This document shows, one piece after another, positions 36,157-48,135 of a DNA stretch of 64,000 nucleotides. Position numbers and translations under genes: made by a program. Source of the stretch: Squalus acanthias. Lineage: Eukaryota. The notes under the pieces were generated by a model. That model was not told where the DNA came from and ran no database searches. It saw only the letters and a list, made by a program, of their open reading frames with translations. The DNA lies in assembly GCA_030390025.1 (NCBI GenBank), contig JASTWF010000034.1, positions 1,240,001 to 1,304,000 of the forward strand, written 5' to 3'. The first letter of the stretch is position 1. Every line of letters begins with the position of its first letter.

Positions 36157-36656
36157 NNNNNNNNNNNNNNNNNNNNNNNNNNNNNNNNNNNNNNNNNNNN
36201 NNNNNNNNNNNNNNNNNNNNNNNNNNNNNNNNNNNNNNNNNNNNNNNNNNNNNNNNNNNNNNNNNNNNNNNNNNNNNNNNNNNNNNNNNNNNNNNNNNNN
36301 NNNNNNNNNNNNNNNNNNNNNNNNNNNNNNNNNNNNNNNNNNNNNNNNNNNNNNNNNNNNNNNNNNNNNNNNNNNNNNNNNNNNNNNNNNNNNNNNNNNN
36401 NNNNNNNNNNNNNNNNNNNNNNNNNNNNNNNNNNNNNNNNNNNNNNNNNNNNNNNNNNNNNNNNNNNNNNNNNNNNNNNNNNNNNNNNNNNNNNNNNNNN
36501 NNNNNNNNNNNNNNNNNNNNNNNNNNNNNNNNNNNNNNNNNNNNNNNNNNNNNNNNNNNNNNNNNNNNNNNNNNNNNNNNNNNNNNNNNNNNNNNNNNNN
36601 NNNNNNNNNNNNNNNNNNNNNNNNNNNNNNNNNNNNNNNNNNNNNNNNNNNNNNNN
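36157..36656. other. Assembly gap (500 N)
   Basis: Run of N; the round length suggests a scaffolding placeholder. Confidence 1.
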
Positions 36657-37020
36657 TGCGCTAGCGCAAAACGACGTCAATTTCGCGAGCGGCGCTAAAA
36701 TAGCCGCGCTCGGTTGCTCAGTATCGAGCGCCCCGTTAGTGCCTCCAAAGGCGCTGAAGGGCAGCGTTAACCAACCGACTTTCCACCCTCATGTTTATCT
36801 GTGTTTTCCACTTTGTCGTTCCCCATAGCATCCGCGCTGCTGTCAGATATTGATTCTGAATGTGGTATTGTGTTACCAAGATTCAAATGTTCGAATTCAA
36901 CTCCAGTAAATTTATTGGAGGTGACTCTTTATTGAACGAATTTCAGTCTGCTACCGACACTGAACATTTGTATCAGGCCAGAAGAATGCTGTGTTGGTTT
37001 AGGAGACTCTTCACCTAATG

Positions 37021-37154
37021 GCGAAAGGCCATCGGCCCGAAACGTTAACTCTGTTTCTCTCTCTCTCCACAGATGCTGCCTGACCCGCTGAGTATTTCCA
37101 ACATTTTCTGTTTTTATTTCAGATTTCCAGTATCCGCAGTATTTTGAGTTTGAT
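37021..37154 (+). mobile_element. Short Penelope-like terminal-repeat insertion with 11-bp TSD
   Basis: Flanked by TTCACCTAATG (37010-37020, 37155-37165); begins with a degenerate hammerhead-like gcgaa-aggcc-atc-ggccc-gaaacgtt. Confidence 0.6.
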
Positions 37155-38467
37155 TTCACCTAATGCTCGGTATGGTTACTTACAGAGTCACAGGAACAAA
37201 TCCTGACAGATCACATCCACATATTTAAATGTCTGAAATATCCGCTAATCATTCAGTTCCAGTCAGTGTCTCCTTTCCCACCCTCTCCAGTTCGGCATTA
37301 TTGGCACTGCTTCTGATGGTTAAAGTAGGATTACAAGGATAATTTACATTCTCACAAAACGTTCATTCAGCCAGATTTCAATACATTTATTTCTGATCAT
37401 TGTTTTGAATTCACAATTGGATCCCATGGCCGTCTGTCACAGTTCAGTGGATCTGTCAGTGAGACCCAGAGTGATTCTCTATTGCCTCCTGCTGCACTTC
37501 AGGATAAACAATCCCAGCTGATTGTAACTGAAGTACTGAGGATAAGAACATCCTTTGATATCTTCTCGTCTAATATTTTCTGCACAAGTTGGAAACAACA
37601 GGTGAAAAAGTACAAGGATAAATCTCTTCCATTTGTGTTCAGATACTTTACAACAGCATTTGGTGGCACTTTGACTGTGGGTTAAGTCGTCTGATTTCGA
37701 TGCTGAAAAATGCATTTAGTGGGACATTACCTGGTCAATCATCACTATTTACTTTAATTCAGAGTCCATTATTTGCAATGTTACTTGACAAATCTTCCTT
37801 TCAATGAGCTAGAATTTGTGTATTTCAACAAAAATGCAGTAAACTCAATCTTCAAAACATATCTGACAGCCCAGTTATCTTTATAACTGCAGTGCACTTG
37901 TATTTATTATCTTAGCATTGTCGTATTACATCCGTACCTTTTACATACAATTGCCTGTAATTATTGCATGCCAAGGTTGCAGTTTCTGTATTTCGCTGTT
38001 GCATTCATTTTCAGTTCTAAATATAATGGATATTCTAACCAGGAGCAGGAATCCAAGCGGGATTTCCCCCTCCCTAACACAGGGGCACAGAAGCGAACTG
38101 CACCGCTCCAAATGCTGACTGATCCCGGGACACGAAGGCTTCCTGAGAGGGTCTGGTCCTTTGTGTCCCTGGTACCTCGGGCGGTGCTTTTGTCTGCTGG
38201 GCTAAATTTAGATCGATCATTTAATCTCTCCTTGATCAAACATCTGTTACTTTCATATTGTATTTATTTCATTTAATTTATTGATTCCACAATGTATTCC
38301 CGATTATTCTTACAATAAGCCCTGTATTCAGCTCCACAGGTAATAGGATTAGATTATATCATTCAATGTCGCTCGTGAGTTGCAGATTTCACCCCGAATT
38401 CTCTCAAACTGCTGCTTTTGCTCCCAGCCTGATGAATAATTTCCCTGTTTATTTCCCTTCCACACAG

Positions 38468-39369
38468 TTAACTTAGTGACGATTGTGATCCTGTCTCGGG
38501 GAAAGTGTGGTCTCTCCAAATGTGTCACTCGCTACCTGGTGGCCATGGCAGCGGCGGATCTACTGGTCGTTATCCTCGACCTGATATTGAGGCACATTCC
38601 CATTGTTTATCTTGATCAGTTTGATTTCGTGCAGTTCATCCCTGTGTGTAATATCCACGCCGTCCTGCTGTTCGCAGCCACAGACTGTTCTGTCTGGTTC
38701 ACCGTCACTTTCACCTTTGATCGATTTGTGGCCATTTGTTGCCAGAAGCTGAAAACTAAACATTGCACCGAGAAAACGGCGGCTGTGGTTCTGGGAACAG
38801 TGACTGTGCTGAGCGGTTTAAAGGACATCACCTGGTATTTTATGTTCACAGATCAGTATAGGCTTGGGAACGAGCCCTGGTTTTGTTTGGTCACAATGGA
38901 TGTTGTGATGTCACAGGTCTGGGGAACAATCGAGCTCCTTCATTATATTCTCACCCCGTGTGTCCCATTTATGGTGATTCTGCTGCTCAATGCTGTCACC
39001 GTCAGACACATTTTAGTGGCCAGCAGAGCCCGCAGGAGACTCCGGGGTCCCAGCAGTGGGGAGAGTCCCAGAGACCCAGAGATGGACAGCCGCAGGAAAT
39101 CCATCGTTGTACTGCTTGTTATCTCCGGCAATTTCATCCTGTTATGGGCAGTGTTTATGGTGTTTTCTATATGGAACCGGATGTGGTATTTGGGGGATTA
39201 TTCTGTAAATCTACCGTATTATGTACAGGAACTGGGATTCATGCTGCAGCTGCTGAGTTGCTGCACAAACACTGGGATTTATGCCGTGACCCAGACTAGG
39301 TTCAGAGAGCAGTTGAAGAATGTGGGGAAATATCCCTTTACTCTGATTGTAAAATTCATTAAAGGATGA
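38468..39369 (+). CDS. Main coding exon of a class A (rhodopsin-like) GPCR, GPR139/GPR142-like; N-terminal exon not found
   Basis: Acceptor tttcccttccacacAG at 38466-38467, then (V)NLVTIVILSRGKCGLSK; TM2 YLVAMAAADLL, TM3 DRF motif, TM7 NTGIY; open to TGA at 39367-39369. Confidence 0.88.
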
Positions 39370-39424
39370 GAAGAAGCGGAGACTTTGCAGCCTGAGAGTT
39401 GACAGTTCCCTGGGCCGGATATTG

Positions 39425-41035
39425 TGGCGCCGCACAAAGACGGCGGCTCTGGGGCCCAGCACAAGACAGCGGGTCTGGGGCCCAGCACAAAGATGGGGGC
39501 TCTGGGGCTCAGCACAAAGACGGCAGCTCTGGGGCTCAGCACAAAGACGGCGGCTCTGGGGCTCCGCACAAAGATGGCGGCTCTGGGGCTCCGCACAAAG
39601 ATGGCGGCTCTGGGGCTCCACACAATGATGGCGGGTCTGGGGCCCAGCACAAAGATGGCGGCTCTGGGGCTCCGCACAAAGACGGCAGCTCTGGGTCCAA
39701 CACATCGATTGCGGCTCTGGGGATCTGCACAATGATGGTGACTCTGGGGCCCCGCACAAAGATGGTGGCTCTGGGTCCCACACATAGATGGCGGCTCTGG
39801 GGCTCCGCACAAAGATGGCGGGTCTGGGGCCCAGCACAAAGATGGCGGCTCTGGGGCTCCGCACAAAGACGGCGGCTCTGGGTCCCACACAAAGATGGCG
39901 GCTCTGGGGCACAGCAAAAAGATGGCGGCTCTGGGGCTCCGCACAAAGATGGCGGCTCTGGGTCTCCGCACAAAGATGGCGGCTCTGGGTCCCACACATA
40001 GATTGCGGCTCTGGGGATCTGCACAATGATGGTGACTCTGGGTCCCACACAAAGATGGCGGCTCTGGGGCACAGCACAAAGATGGCGGCTCTGGGGCACA
40101 GCACAAAGATGGCGGCTCTGGTGCCCCGCACAAAGATGGCGGCTTTGGTGCCCCGCACAAAGATGGCGGCTCTGGTGCCCCGCACAAAGATGGCGGCTCT
40201 GGGGCCCCACACAAAGAAGGCAGCTCAGGGGCCCAGCACAAAGATGGCGGCTCCGGGGCCCAGCACAAAGATGGCGGCTCTGGGGAGCAAGCGCAATGAT
40301 GGCGGCTCCGGGGATCCGCACAAAGATGGCGGCTCTGGGGCTCAGCACAAAGATGGCGGCTCTGTGGCTCCACACAAAGATGGCGGCTCTGGGGCCCAGC
40401 ACAAAGATGGCGGGTCTGGGGCCCAGCACAAAGATGGCAGCTCTGTGGCCCAGCACAAAGACAGCGGGTCTGGGGATCAGCACAATGATGGCGGCTCTGG
40501 GGCTCAGCACAAAGACGGCGGCTCTGGGGCTCAGCACAAAGACAGCGGGTCTGGGGCTCAGCACAAAGACGGCGGCTCCGGGGCTCAGCACAAAGATGGC
40601 GGCTCCGGGGCCCAGCACAAAGATGGCGGCTCTGGGGCCCAGCACAAAGATGGCGGCTCTGGGGCCCCGCACAAAGATGGCGGCTCTGGGGCCCCGCACA
40701 AAGATGGTGGCTCTGGGTCCCACACAAAGATGGTGGCTCTGGGTCCAACACATAGATGGCGGCTCTGGGGATCTGCACAATGATGGTGACTCTGGGGCCC
40801 CGCACAAAGATAGTGGCTCTGGGTCCCACACAAAGATGGCGGCTCTGGGGCTCAGCACAAAGACGGCGGCTCTGGGGCTCAGCACAAAGACGGCGGGTCT
40901 GGGGCTCAGCACAAAGATGGCGGGTCTGGGGCCCTGCACAAGGATTGCGGCTCTGGGGCCCCGCAAAATGATGGCGGCTCTGGGGCCCCGCACAAAGATG
41001 GCGGCTCTGGGGCCCCGCACAAGGATTGCGGCCGT
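39425..41035 (+). repeat. 27-bp GC-rich minisatellite (GCACAAAGATGGCGGCTCTGGGGC(C/T)C(C/A)) carrying the YY1 motif
   Basis: About 60 tandem units, 9-aa periodic ORFs; many units contain AAGATGGCGGC. Confidence 0.95.
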
Positions 41036-41334
41036 CACTCGGTGTCTTTCCCTGGCAGCGAGAGACGAGTGTCCGGATGGCCAGAGCAGTTGGAGTCCCA
41101 GTTACTGTGAGAGCGGGCGGCGAGGCGGAGCAGCCTGGCCCGGCACTGCCCACAGGACCCCGAGCAGCCCAGCCCGGGGAGGAGATGGTCCGGCACCAGG
41201 ACTTTATTAGTCATTATAACACTTTAAAATCATTACACCACTTTACAGATCTTTTATAACCCTTTATAAATCATTATGACCATTATGACGCTTTTTCAAT
41301 CATTATGACACTTAATAAATCATTTTTATAACTA

Positions 41335-41720
41335 ATTCTTGGGATGTGGGCACCGCTGACAAGGCCAGCATTTACTGCCCATCCCTAATTGCCCTTGAGA
41401 AGGTGGTGATGAGCCGCCTGAGACAAGCGAGTGTCTTGATGGCCCATTACAGAGGGCAGTTAAGAGGCAACCACATTGCAGTGGGTCTGAAGTCACATTT
41501 CAGCCAGAACAGGTAAGGAAGGCAGATTACCTTCCCAAAAGGCCATTAGTGAACCAATTGGGTTTTATTCCAGATTTACACAAGCTTTTCATTCCAGATT
41601 TGTTTAATTAATGGCATTTAAATTCCCCCAGCTGGTGGGATTTGAACACATGTCTCTGGATCATTTGTCCAGTCATCTGGTTTACTATTCCAGCAACATA
41701 ACCACTATGCTACCGTACCC
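41335..41720 (-). mobile_element. tRNA-derived SINE with LINE-derived tail
   Basis: Minus strand starts gggtacggTAGCATAGTGG (A box) ... GTTCAAATCC (B box); 3' part ...caattagggatgggcagtaaatgctggcc...cacatcccaagaa. Confidence 0.65.
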
Positions 41721-41721
41721 T

Positions 41722-41920
41722 TCAAATATATCGCCGTTCTTTCATCGTCACTGGGACAAAAGCTTGAAAATCCTTCAGTAACAGTATTGTGGGAGCACCT
41801 TCACCACACGGACTGCAGCGGCTCAAGATGAAGGCCCACCATTTTCTCATGGGTAACTGGGGATGGGCAAGTGATACCAACCTTGACAGCGTCACCCCTA
41901 GCCTGAGAACAAATACATCG
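41722..41920 (+). mobile_element. LINE 3' end sharing its tail with the adjacent SINE
   Basis: ...ggactgcagcggctcaagatgaaggcccacc...ggggatgggcaa... resembles the reverse complement of 41335-41420. Confidence 0.55.
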
Positions 41921-42167
41921 AAATAATAAAATAGGATTAAAATCAATGATTTTATAATTCATTGATTGAAACCAGATGAGGCCTGTGATCAGAGCGGGAC
42001 GTCACGTACGCTAAACAAATTGTCTCACCACTTGGATCTCCAATTCTATCGTTGTATGATTGATACTACTCACACTTTCCCAATTTCACATCATTACAAA
42101 AGGTGCTTGATAAAGGATCACATATTACCAAAATTGAAGCCCATGGGATTAAAGTGGCAGTGACAAC

Positions 42168-45100
42168 AGTGAGGGGTGTGGGGTATATCAGTATATAAGA
42201 GAGAATTACATTGAGGGATGTATCAGAGTATAACAATGAGGGGTGTGGGGTGTATCAGAGTGTTACAGTGAGGGGTGTGGGATATATCAGAGTGTTGCAG
42301 TGAGGGGTGTGGGGTATATCAGTGTGTTACAGTGAGTGGTGTGGGGTTTATCAGAGTGTTACAATGAGGGATGTGGGGTTTATCAGAGTGTTACAGTGAG
42401 TGGGTTGGTCTATATCAGAGAGTTACAGTGAGTGGTGTGGGGTTTATCAGTATGTAAGAGAGAATCACATTGAGGAGTATATCAGAGTCTTACAGTGAGG
42501 TGTGTGAGGTTTATCAGAGTGTTACAGTGAGTGGTGTGGGGTGTATCAGAGAGTTACAGTGAGCGGTGTGGGGTATATCAGTATGTAAGAGAGAATTACA
42601 TTGAGGGGTGTATCAGAGTGTTACAGTGAGGGGTGTGGGGTTTATCAGTGTTACAGTGAGGGGTGTGGGGTATATCAGAGTGTTACAGTGAGGTGTGTGG
42701 GGTGTATCAGAGTGTTACAGTGAGGGGTGTAGAGTATATCAGAGTGTTACAATGAGGGGTGTGGGGTATATCAGAGTGTTACAGTGAGGGGTGTGGGGTA
42801 TATCAGAGTGTTACAATGAGGGGTGTGGGGTATATCAGAGTGTTACAGTGAGGGGTGTGGAGTATATCAGCGTGTTACAGTGAGGTGTGTGGGGTTTATC
42901 AGAGTGTTACAATGAGGGTTGTGGGGTTTATCAGAGAGTTACAGTGAGTGGTGGGGGGTGTATCAGTATGTAAGAGAGAATTACATTGAGGGGTGTATCA
43001 GAGTGTTACAGTGAGGGGTTGAGGGTTTATCAGAGTGTTACAGTGAGGGGTGTGGGGTGTATCAGAGAGTTACAGTGATTGGTGGGGGGTGTATCAGTAT
43101 GTAAGAGAGAATTACATTGAGGGGTGTATCAGAGTGTTACAGTGAGGGGTGCGGGGTTTATCAGCGTGTTACAATGAGGGGTGTGGGGTATATCAGAGAC
43201 TTACAGTGAGGTGTGTGGGGTGTATCAGAGTGTTACAGTGAGGGGTGTGGGGTATATCAGAGTGTTACAGTGAGGGGTGTGGGATATATCAGTGTTACAG
43301 TGAGGGGTGTGGGGTATATCAGAGTGTTACAATGAGGGGTGTGGGGTATATCAGAGACTTACAGTGAGGGGTGTGGGGTATATCAGAGTGTTACAGTGAG
43401 GGGTGTGGGGTATATCAGAGACTTACAGTGAGGTGTGTGGGGTATATCAGTGTTACAGTGAGGGGTGTGGGGTATATCAGAGTGTTACAATGAGGGGTGT
43501 GGGGTATATCAGTATGTAAGAGAGAATTACATTGAGGGGTATATCAGAGTGTTACAGTGAAGAGTGCGGGGTTTATCAGCGTGTTACAGTGAGGGGTGTG
43601 GGGTTTATCAGCGTATTGCAGTGAGGTGTGAGTGGTATATCCGAGTGTTACATTGAGGGGTGTGGGGTACATCAGAGTGTTACAGTGAGTCGTGTTGGGT
43701 ATATCAGAGAGTTACAGTGAGTCGTGGGTGGTATATCCGAGTGTCACAGTGAGGGGTGTGGGGTTTATCAGCCTGTTGTAGTGAGGTGTTTGGGGTACAT
43801 CAGAGTGTTACATTGAGGGGTGTGGGGTATATCAGTTTAACAGTGAGGGGTGTTAGGTATATCGATATTTACAGTGAGGGTGTGTGGGGTATATCAGAGT
43901 GTTGTAGTCAGGGGAGTGGGTTTACATCAAAGAGCTACAGTGAGAGGTGTGGGGTACATCAGAGTAATTCAATGAGCGGTTTTGGGCATATCAGAGTGTT
44001 ACAGTGAGGGGTGTGGTGTATAACAGAGTGTTACAATCAGGGGTGCGGGGTACATCACAGTAATACAATGAGCAGTGTTGGGTATAACACAGTGTTACAG
44101 TGAGAGGTGTGGTGTATAACAGAGTGTTACGGTCAGGGGGGGTGGGTTTATATCAGTGTGTTACATTGAGGGGTGTGGAGTATACCAGAGTGTGTTACAG
44201 TGAGGGGTATGGAGTATATCAGAGAGTGTTACAGCGAGGGGTATGGGGTATATCAGAATGTTACAGCGAGGGGTATGGAGTATATCAGAGAGTGTTACAG
44301 CGAGGGGTGTTGGGTATATCAGAGTGTTACAGCGAGGGGCATGGAGTATATCAGAGAGTGTTACAGTGCGGGGTATGGAGTATATCAGAGAGTGTTACAG
44401 TGAGGGGTATGGAGTATATCAGAGAGTGTTACAGCGAGGGGTGTTGGGTATATCAGAGTGTTACAGCGAGGGGCATGGAGTATATCAGAGAGTGTTATAG
44501 TGCGGGGTATGGAGTATATCAGAGAGTGTTACAGTGAGGGGTATGAAGTATATCAGAGAGTGTTACAGTGAGGGGCGTGGGGTATATCAGAGAGTGTCAC
44601 AGTGAGGGGTGTGGAGTATATCAGAGAGTGTTACAGTGAGGGGTATGGAGTATATCAGAGACTGTTACGGTGAGGGGTGTCGGGTATATCAAGTGTCACA
44701 GTGAGGGGTGTGGAGTATATCAGAGAGTGTTACAGTGAGGGGTATGGAGTATATCAGAGTGTTACAGCGAGGGGTGTGGAGTATATCAGAGAGTGTTACA
44801 GTGAGAGGTATGGAGTATATCAGAGTGTTCCAGTGAGGGGTGTTGGGTATATCAGAGAGTGTTACAGTGAGGGGTGTGGAGTATATCAGCGTGTTACAGT
44901 GAGGGGTATGAGGTATATCAGAGTGTTACAGTGAGGGGTGTGGAGTATATCAGAGTGTTACAGTGAGAGGTATGGAGTATATCAGAGAGTGTTACAGTGA
45001 GGGGTGTGGTGTAAAACGGTGTGTTACAGCGAGGGGTATTGAGTATATCAGAGAGTGTTACAGCGAGGGGTGTGGAGTATATCAGAGAGTGTTACAGTGA

Positions 45101-45932
45101 GGGGTATGGAGCATATCAGAGTGTTACAGTGAGGGGCCTGGGGTAAAACGGTGTGTTACAGCGAGGGGTATTGAGTATATCAGAGAGTGTTACAGTGAGG
45201 GGTGTGGAGTATATCAGAGAGTGTTACAGTGAGGGGTATGGAGTATATCAGAGTGTTACAGTGAGGGGCCTGGGGTAAAACGGTGTGTTACAGTGAGGGG
45301 TGTCGGGTATATCAGAGTGTTACAGTGAGGGGTATTGAGTATATCAGAGAGTGTTACATTGAGGGGTATTGGGTATATCAGAGTGTTACAGCGAGGGGTA
45401 TGGAGTATATCAGAGTGTTACAGTGAGGGGTGTGGAGTATATCAGAGAGTGTTACAGTGAGGGGTATGGAGTATATCAGAGAGTGTTACAGTGAGGTGTG
45501 TAGGGTATATCAAAGTGTTACAGCGAGGGGTGTGGGGTATATCAGAGTGTTACAGTGAGTGGTGTGGGGTATAGCAGAGAGTATTACAGTGAGGGGTGTG
45601 GAGTATATCAGAGATGTTACAGTGAAGGGGTATGGAGTATATCAGAGTGTTACAGTGAGGGGTGTGGGGTATATCAGAGAGTGTTACAGCTAATGGTATG
45701 GAGTATATCAGAGAGTGTTACAGCGAAGGGTGTGGAGTATATCAGAGTTTCACAGAGACGGGTATGGAGTATATCAGAGAGTGTTACAGTGAGGGGTATG
45801 GAGTATATCAGAGAGTGTTACAGCGAGGGGTATGGAGTATATCAGAGAGTGTTACAGTGAGGGGTATGGAGTATATCAGAGAGTGTTACAGTGAGGGGCC
45901 TGGGGTAAAACGGTGTGTTACAGTGAGAGGTT
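42168..45932 (+). repeat. 32-bp then 34-bp variants of the G-rich satellite
   Basis: TCAGAGTGTTACAGTGAGGGGTGTGGGGTATA up to ~44180, then largely TCAGAGAGTGTTACAGTGAGGGGTATGGAGTATA. Confidence 0.95.
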
Positions 45933-45934
45933 TA

Positions 45935-46770
45935 AGAACATAAGAATGTAAGAAATAGGAGCAGGAGTAGATCATTCGGCCCCTTGAGCCTGCTCCGCCA
46001 TTCAATGAGATCATGGCTGATTTTCTGCCTCAATTCCTTTCACCAGCCTTATCTCGATATCCCTTGATGCCCTTACTAGTGAGAAATCTATCGACTTCTG
46101 TTTTGAATATGTTCAATGACTGAATCTCCACAGCCCTCTGGGGTAGAGAATTCCAAACATTCACCACCCTCTGTGTGAAGAAATGTCTTTATTAGAGTTA
46201 GATATATTTCTTAAGGCTAAGGAGATCAAGGGCTTTGAGGAGAAGGCAGGGACAGGGTACTGAATTAGGATGATCAGCCAAGATCGCATTAAATGGCGGA
46301 GCAGGCTCAAGGGGCCGAATGGCCTACTCCTGCTCCTATCTTCTATGTTTCTATGCTTCTCATCTCAGTCCTGAATGGCCTACCCTTTATCATGAGGCTG
46401 TGGCCCCTGGTTCAAGACTCCCCAGCCAAGGGAAACATTCTCCCAGCATCCAACCTATCAAACCCTGTAATAATGTTTAATGCTTCAATGAGTTCCCCAC
46501 TCATTCCTCTGAATTGAAGAGAATACAGGCCTAGTTTACTCAATCTCATCTCATACGACAGTCCCGCCTTCCCAGGAATCAATCTCGTGAACCTTCATTG
46601 AACTCCCTCTATGGCAAGTATATCCTGCCTTAGGTAAGGAGACCAAAATTGTACACAGTACTCCAGGTGTGGTCTCTCCAAGGCCCTAAATAAATGGAGT
46701 AAGACTTCTTTACTCCTGTACTCAAATCCTCTTGTAATGAAGGCCAGCATACCATTTGCCTTCCTTGGGG
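45935..46770 (-). mobile_element. CR1 3' fragment with a nested plus-strand CR1 3' end (~46190-46355)
   Basis: KANGMLAFITRGFEYRSKEVLL...RPHLEYCVQFWSP; tail aagaacataagaa at 45935; nested piece ends ttctatgtttctatg. Confidence 0.85.
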
Positions 46771-46774
46771 TATG

Positions 46775-47510
46775 CAAGAGAGTGTTATAATCAGGAGTGT
46801 GGGGTATATCAGAGTGTTACAGTGAGGGGTGTTGTGTATATCAGATTATAGTGATGGGTGTGGGGTACATCAGACTATTTCAGTGAAGGGTGTGGGGTAT
46901 ATCAAATTGTTACAGCGAGGGGTGTGGTGTATATCAGAGTGTTAAAGTGAGGTGAGTGGGGTATATCGGTCTGTTACAGTGAGAGGTTTGGGATATGTAA
47001 GAGAATTTAAGTGAATGGTGTGGGGTATATCAGAGTGTTAAAGGGATGTGAGTGGGGTATATCGGTCTGTTACAGTGAGAGGTTTGAAATATGTAAGAGA
47101 GGATTAAATTATGGGGTATATCAGAGTGTTACAGTGAGGTGTGTGAGGTATATCAGAGTGTTAAATTGAGGGGAGCGGCGTAAATCAGAGTCTTACCATA
47201 AGGGGTGTGGGGTATATCGGTGTGTTACACGAAGGCATGTGTGGGGTATATCAGAGTGTTGTAATCAGGAGAGTGGGTTTGCATCAGAGTGCTACAGTTA
47301 CGGGTGTGGGGTACATCAGAGTAATGCAATGACCGGTGTTGGGCATATCAGAGTGTTACAGTGAGGGGTGTGGTGTATAACAGAGTGTTACAGTCAGGGG
47401 TCTGGGGTTATATCAGTGTGTTACATTGAGGGGTGTCGGGTATATCAGAGCGTTACAGCGAGGGAAATGGAGTATATCGGAAGGTGTTACAGTGAGGGGC
47501 GTGGGGTATT
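46775..47510 (+). repeat. Degenerate 32-bp G-rich satellite
   Basis: Continuation of the same unit, more diverged. Confidence 0.85.
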
Positions 47511-48135
47511 TCCAGAGGGATAGAATTGCAAAGCAGGGAGGTTATGTTAAACTTGTACTGACCCTGGGTTAGATCATACTTGGAGTACTGTAAAAAGCTC
47601 TGGTCTCCATATTATTACGAGGGGCCCAATGGCTTAAACCTGCTCTTATTTCTTATGTTCTTAATATAGAGGCACTGGAGAAGGAGATTTGTAAGGATGA
47701 TCCTAGAACTGAGAGGATATACTAATCAGGAAAGGCTGAACAGGCTGGGTCTCTTTTCTCTTGAAGAAAGAGAATGCTGATGGATGACCGGATAGAGGTC
47801 TTTAAGATTATGAGAAGGTTATAAAGGGTGGTCGTGGAAAAAATGTTTCCACTTGTGGGAGTCCAAAACTGGAGATCATCAATATAAGATAGTCACTAAT
47901 AAATCCAATGGAGAATTCAGGAGAAATTCTTCACCCAAAGAGAGGTGAGAATGTGGAACTCGCTACCACAGGGAGTAGTGGAGGCGGATAGTACACATGC
48001 ATTTAAGGAGAAGCTCGATAAACACATGAGGGAGAAAGGAATATAAGGTTATGCTAATAGAATTAGATGAAGAGGGGTGAGAGGAGGCTTGTGTGGGGAA
48101 TAAACACCGGCACAAACCAATTGGGCAGAATAGTT
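47511..48135 (+). mobile_element. Decayed CR1 3' fragment
   Basis: ...agagggatagaattgcaaaagcagggaggttatg...ttggagtactgt...gtgagaatgtggaactcgctacc... matches the CR1 C-terminus. Confidence 0.75.

Noticed and set aside
36657..36790. CpG-rich stretch after the gap as a promoter or structured RNA
   Set aside because: Short and truncated by the gap; more likely the end of an interspersed repeat, and I cannot classify it.
25243..36828. Long ORFs up to 965 aa containing GVPQGSVLG
   Set aside because: Result of a stop-free 47-bp unit and read-through of N runs; not a real reverse transcriptase.
38285..38345. CAG|GTAATA donor as a candidate GPCR exon 1
   Set aside because: The compatible frame has an upstream stop, no ATG and no convincing TM1 similarity.
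39211..41210. 331-624 aa ORFs on both strands
   Set aside because: Translations of the 27-bp minisatellite; open in nearly all frames.
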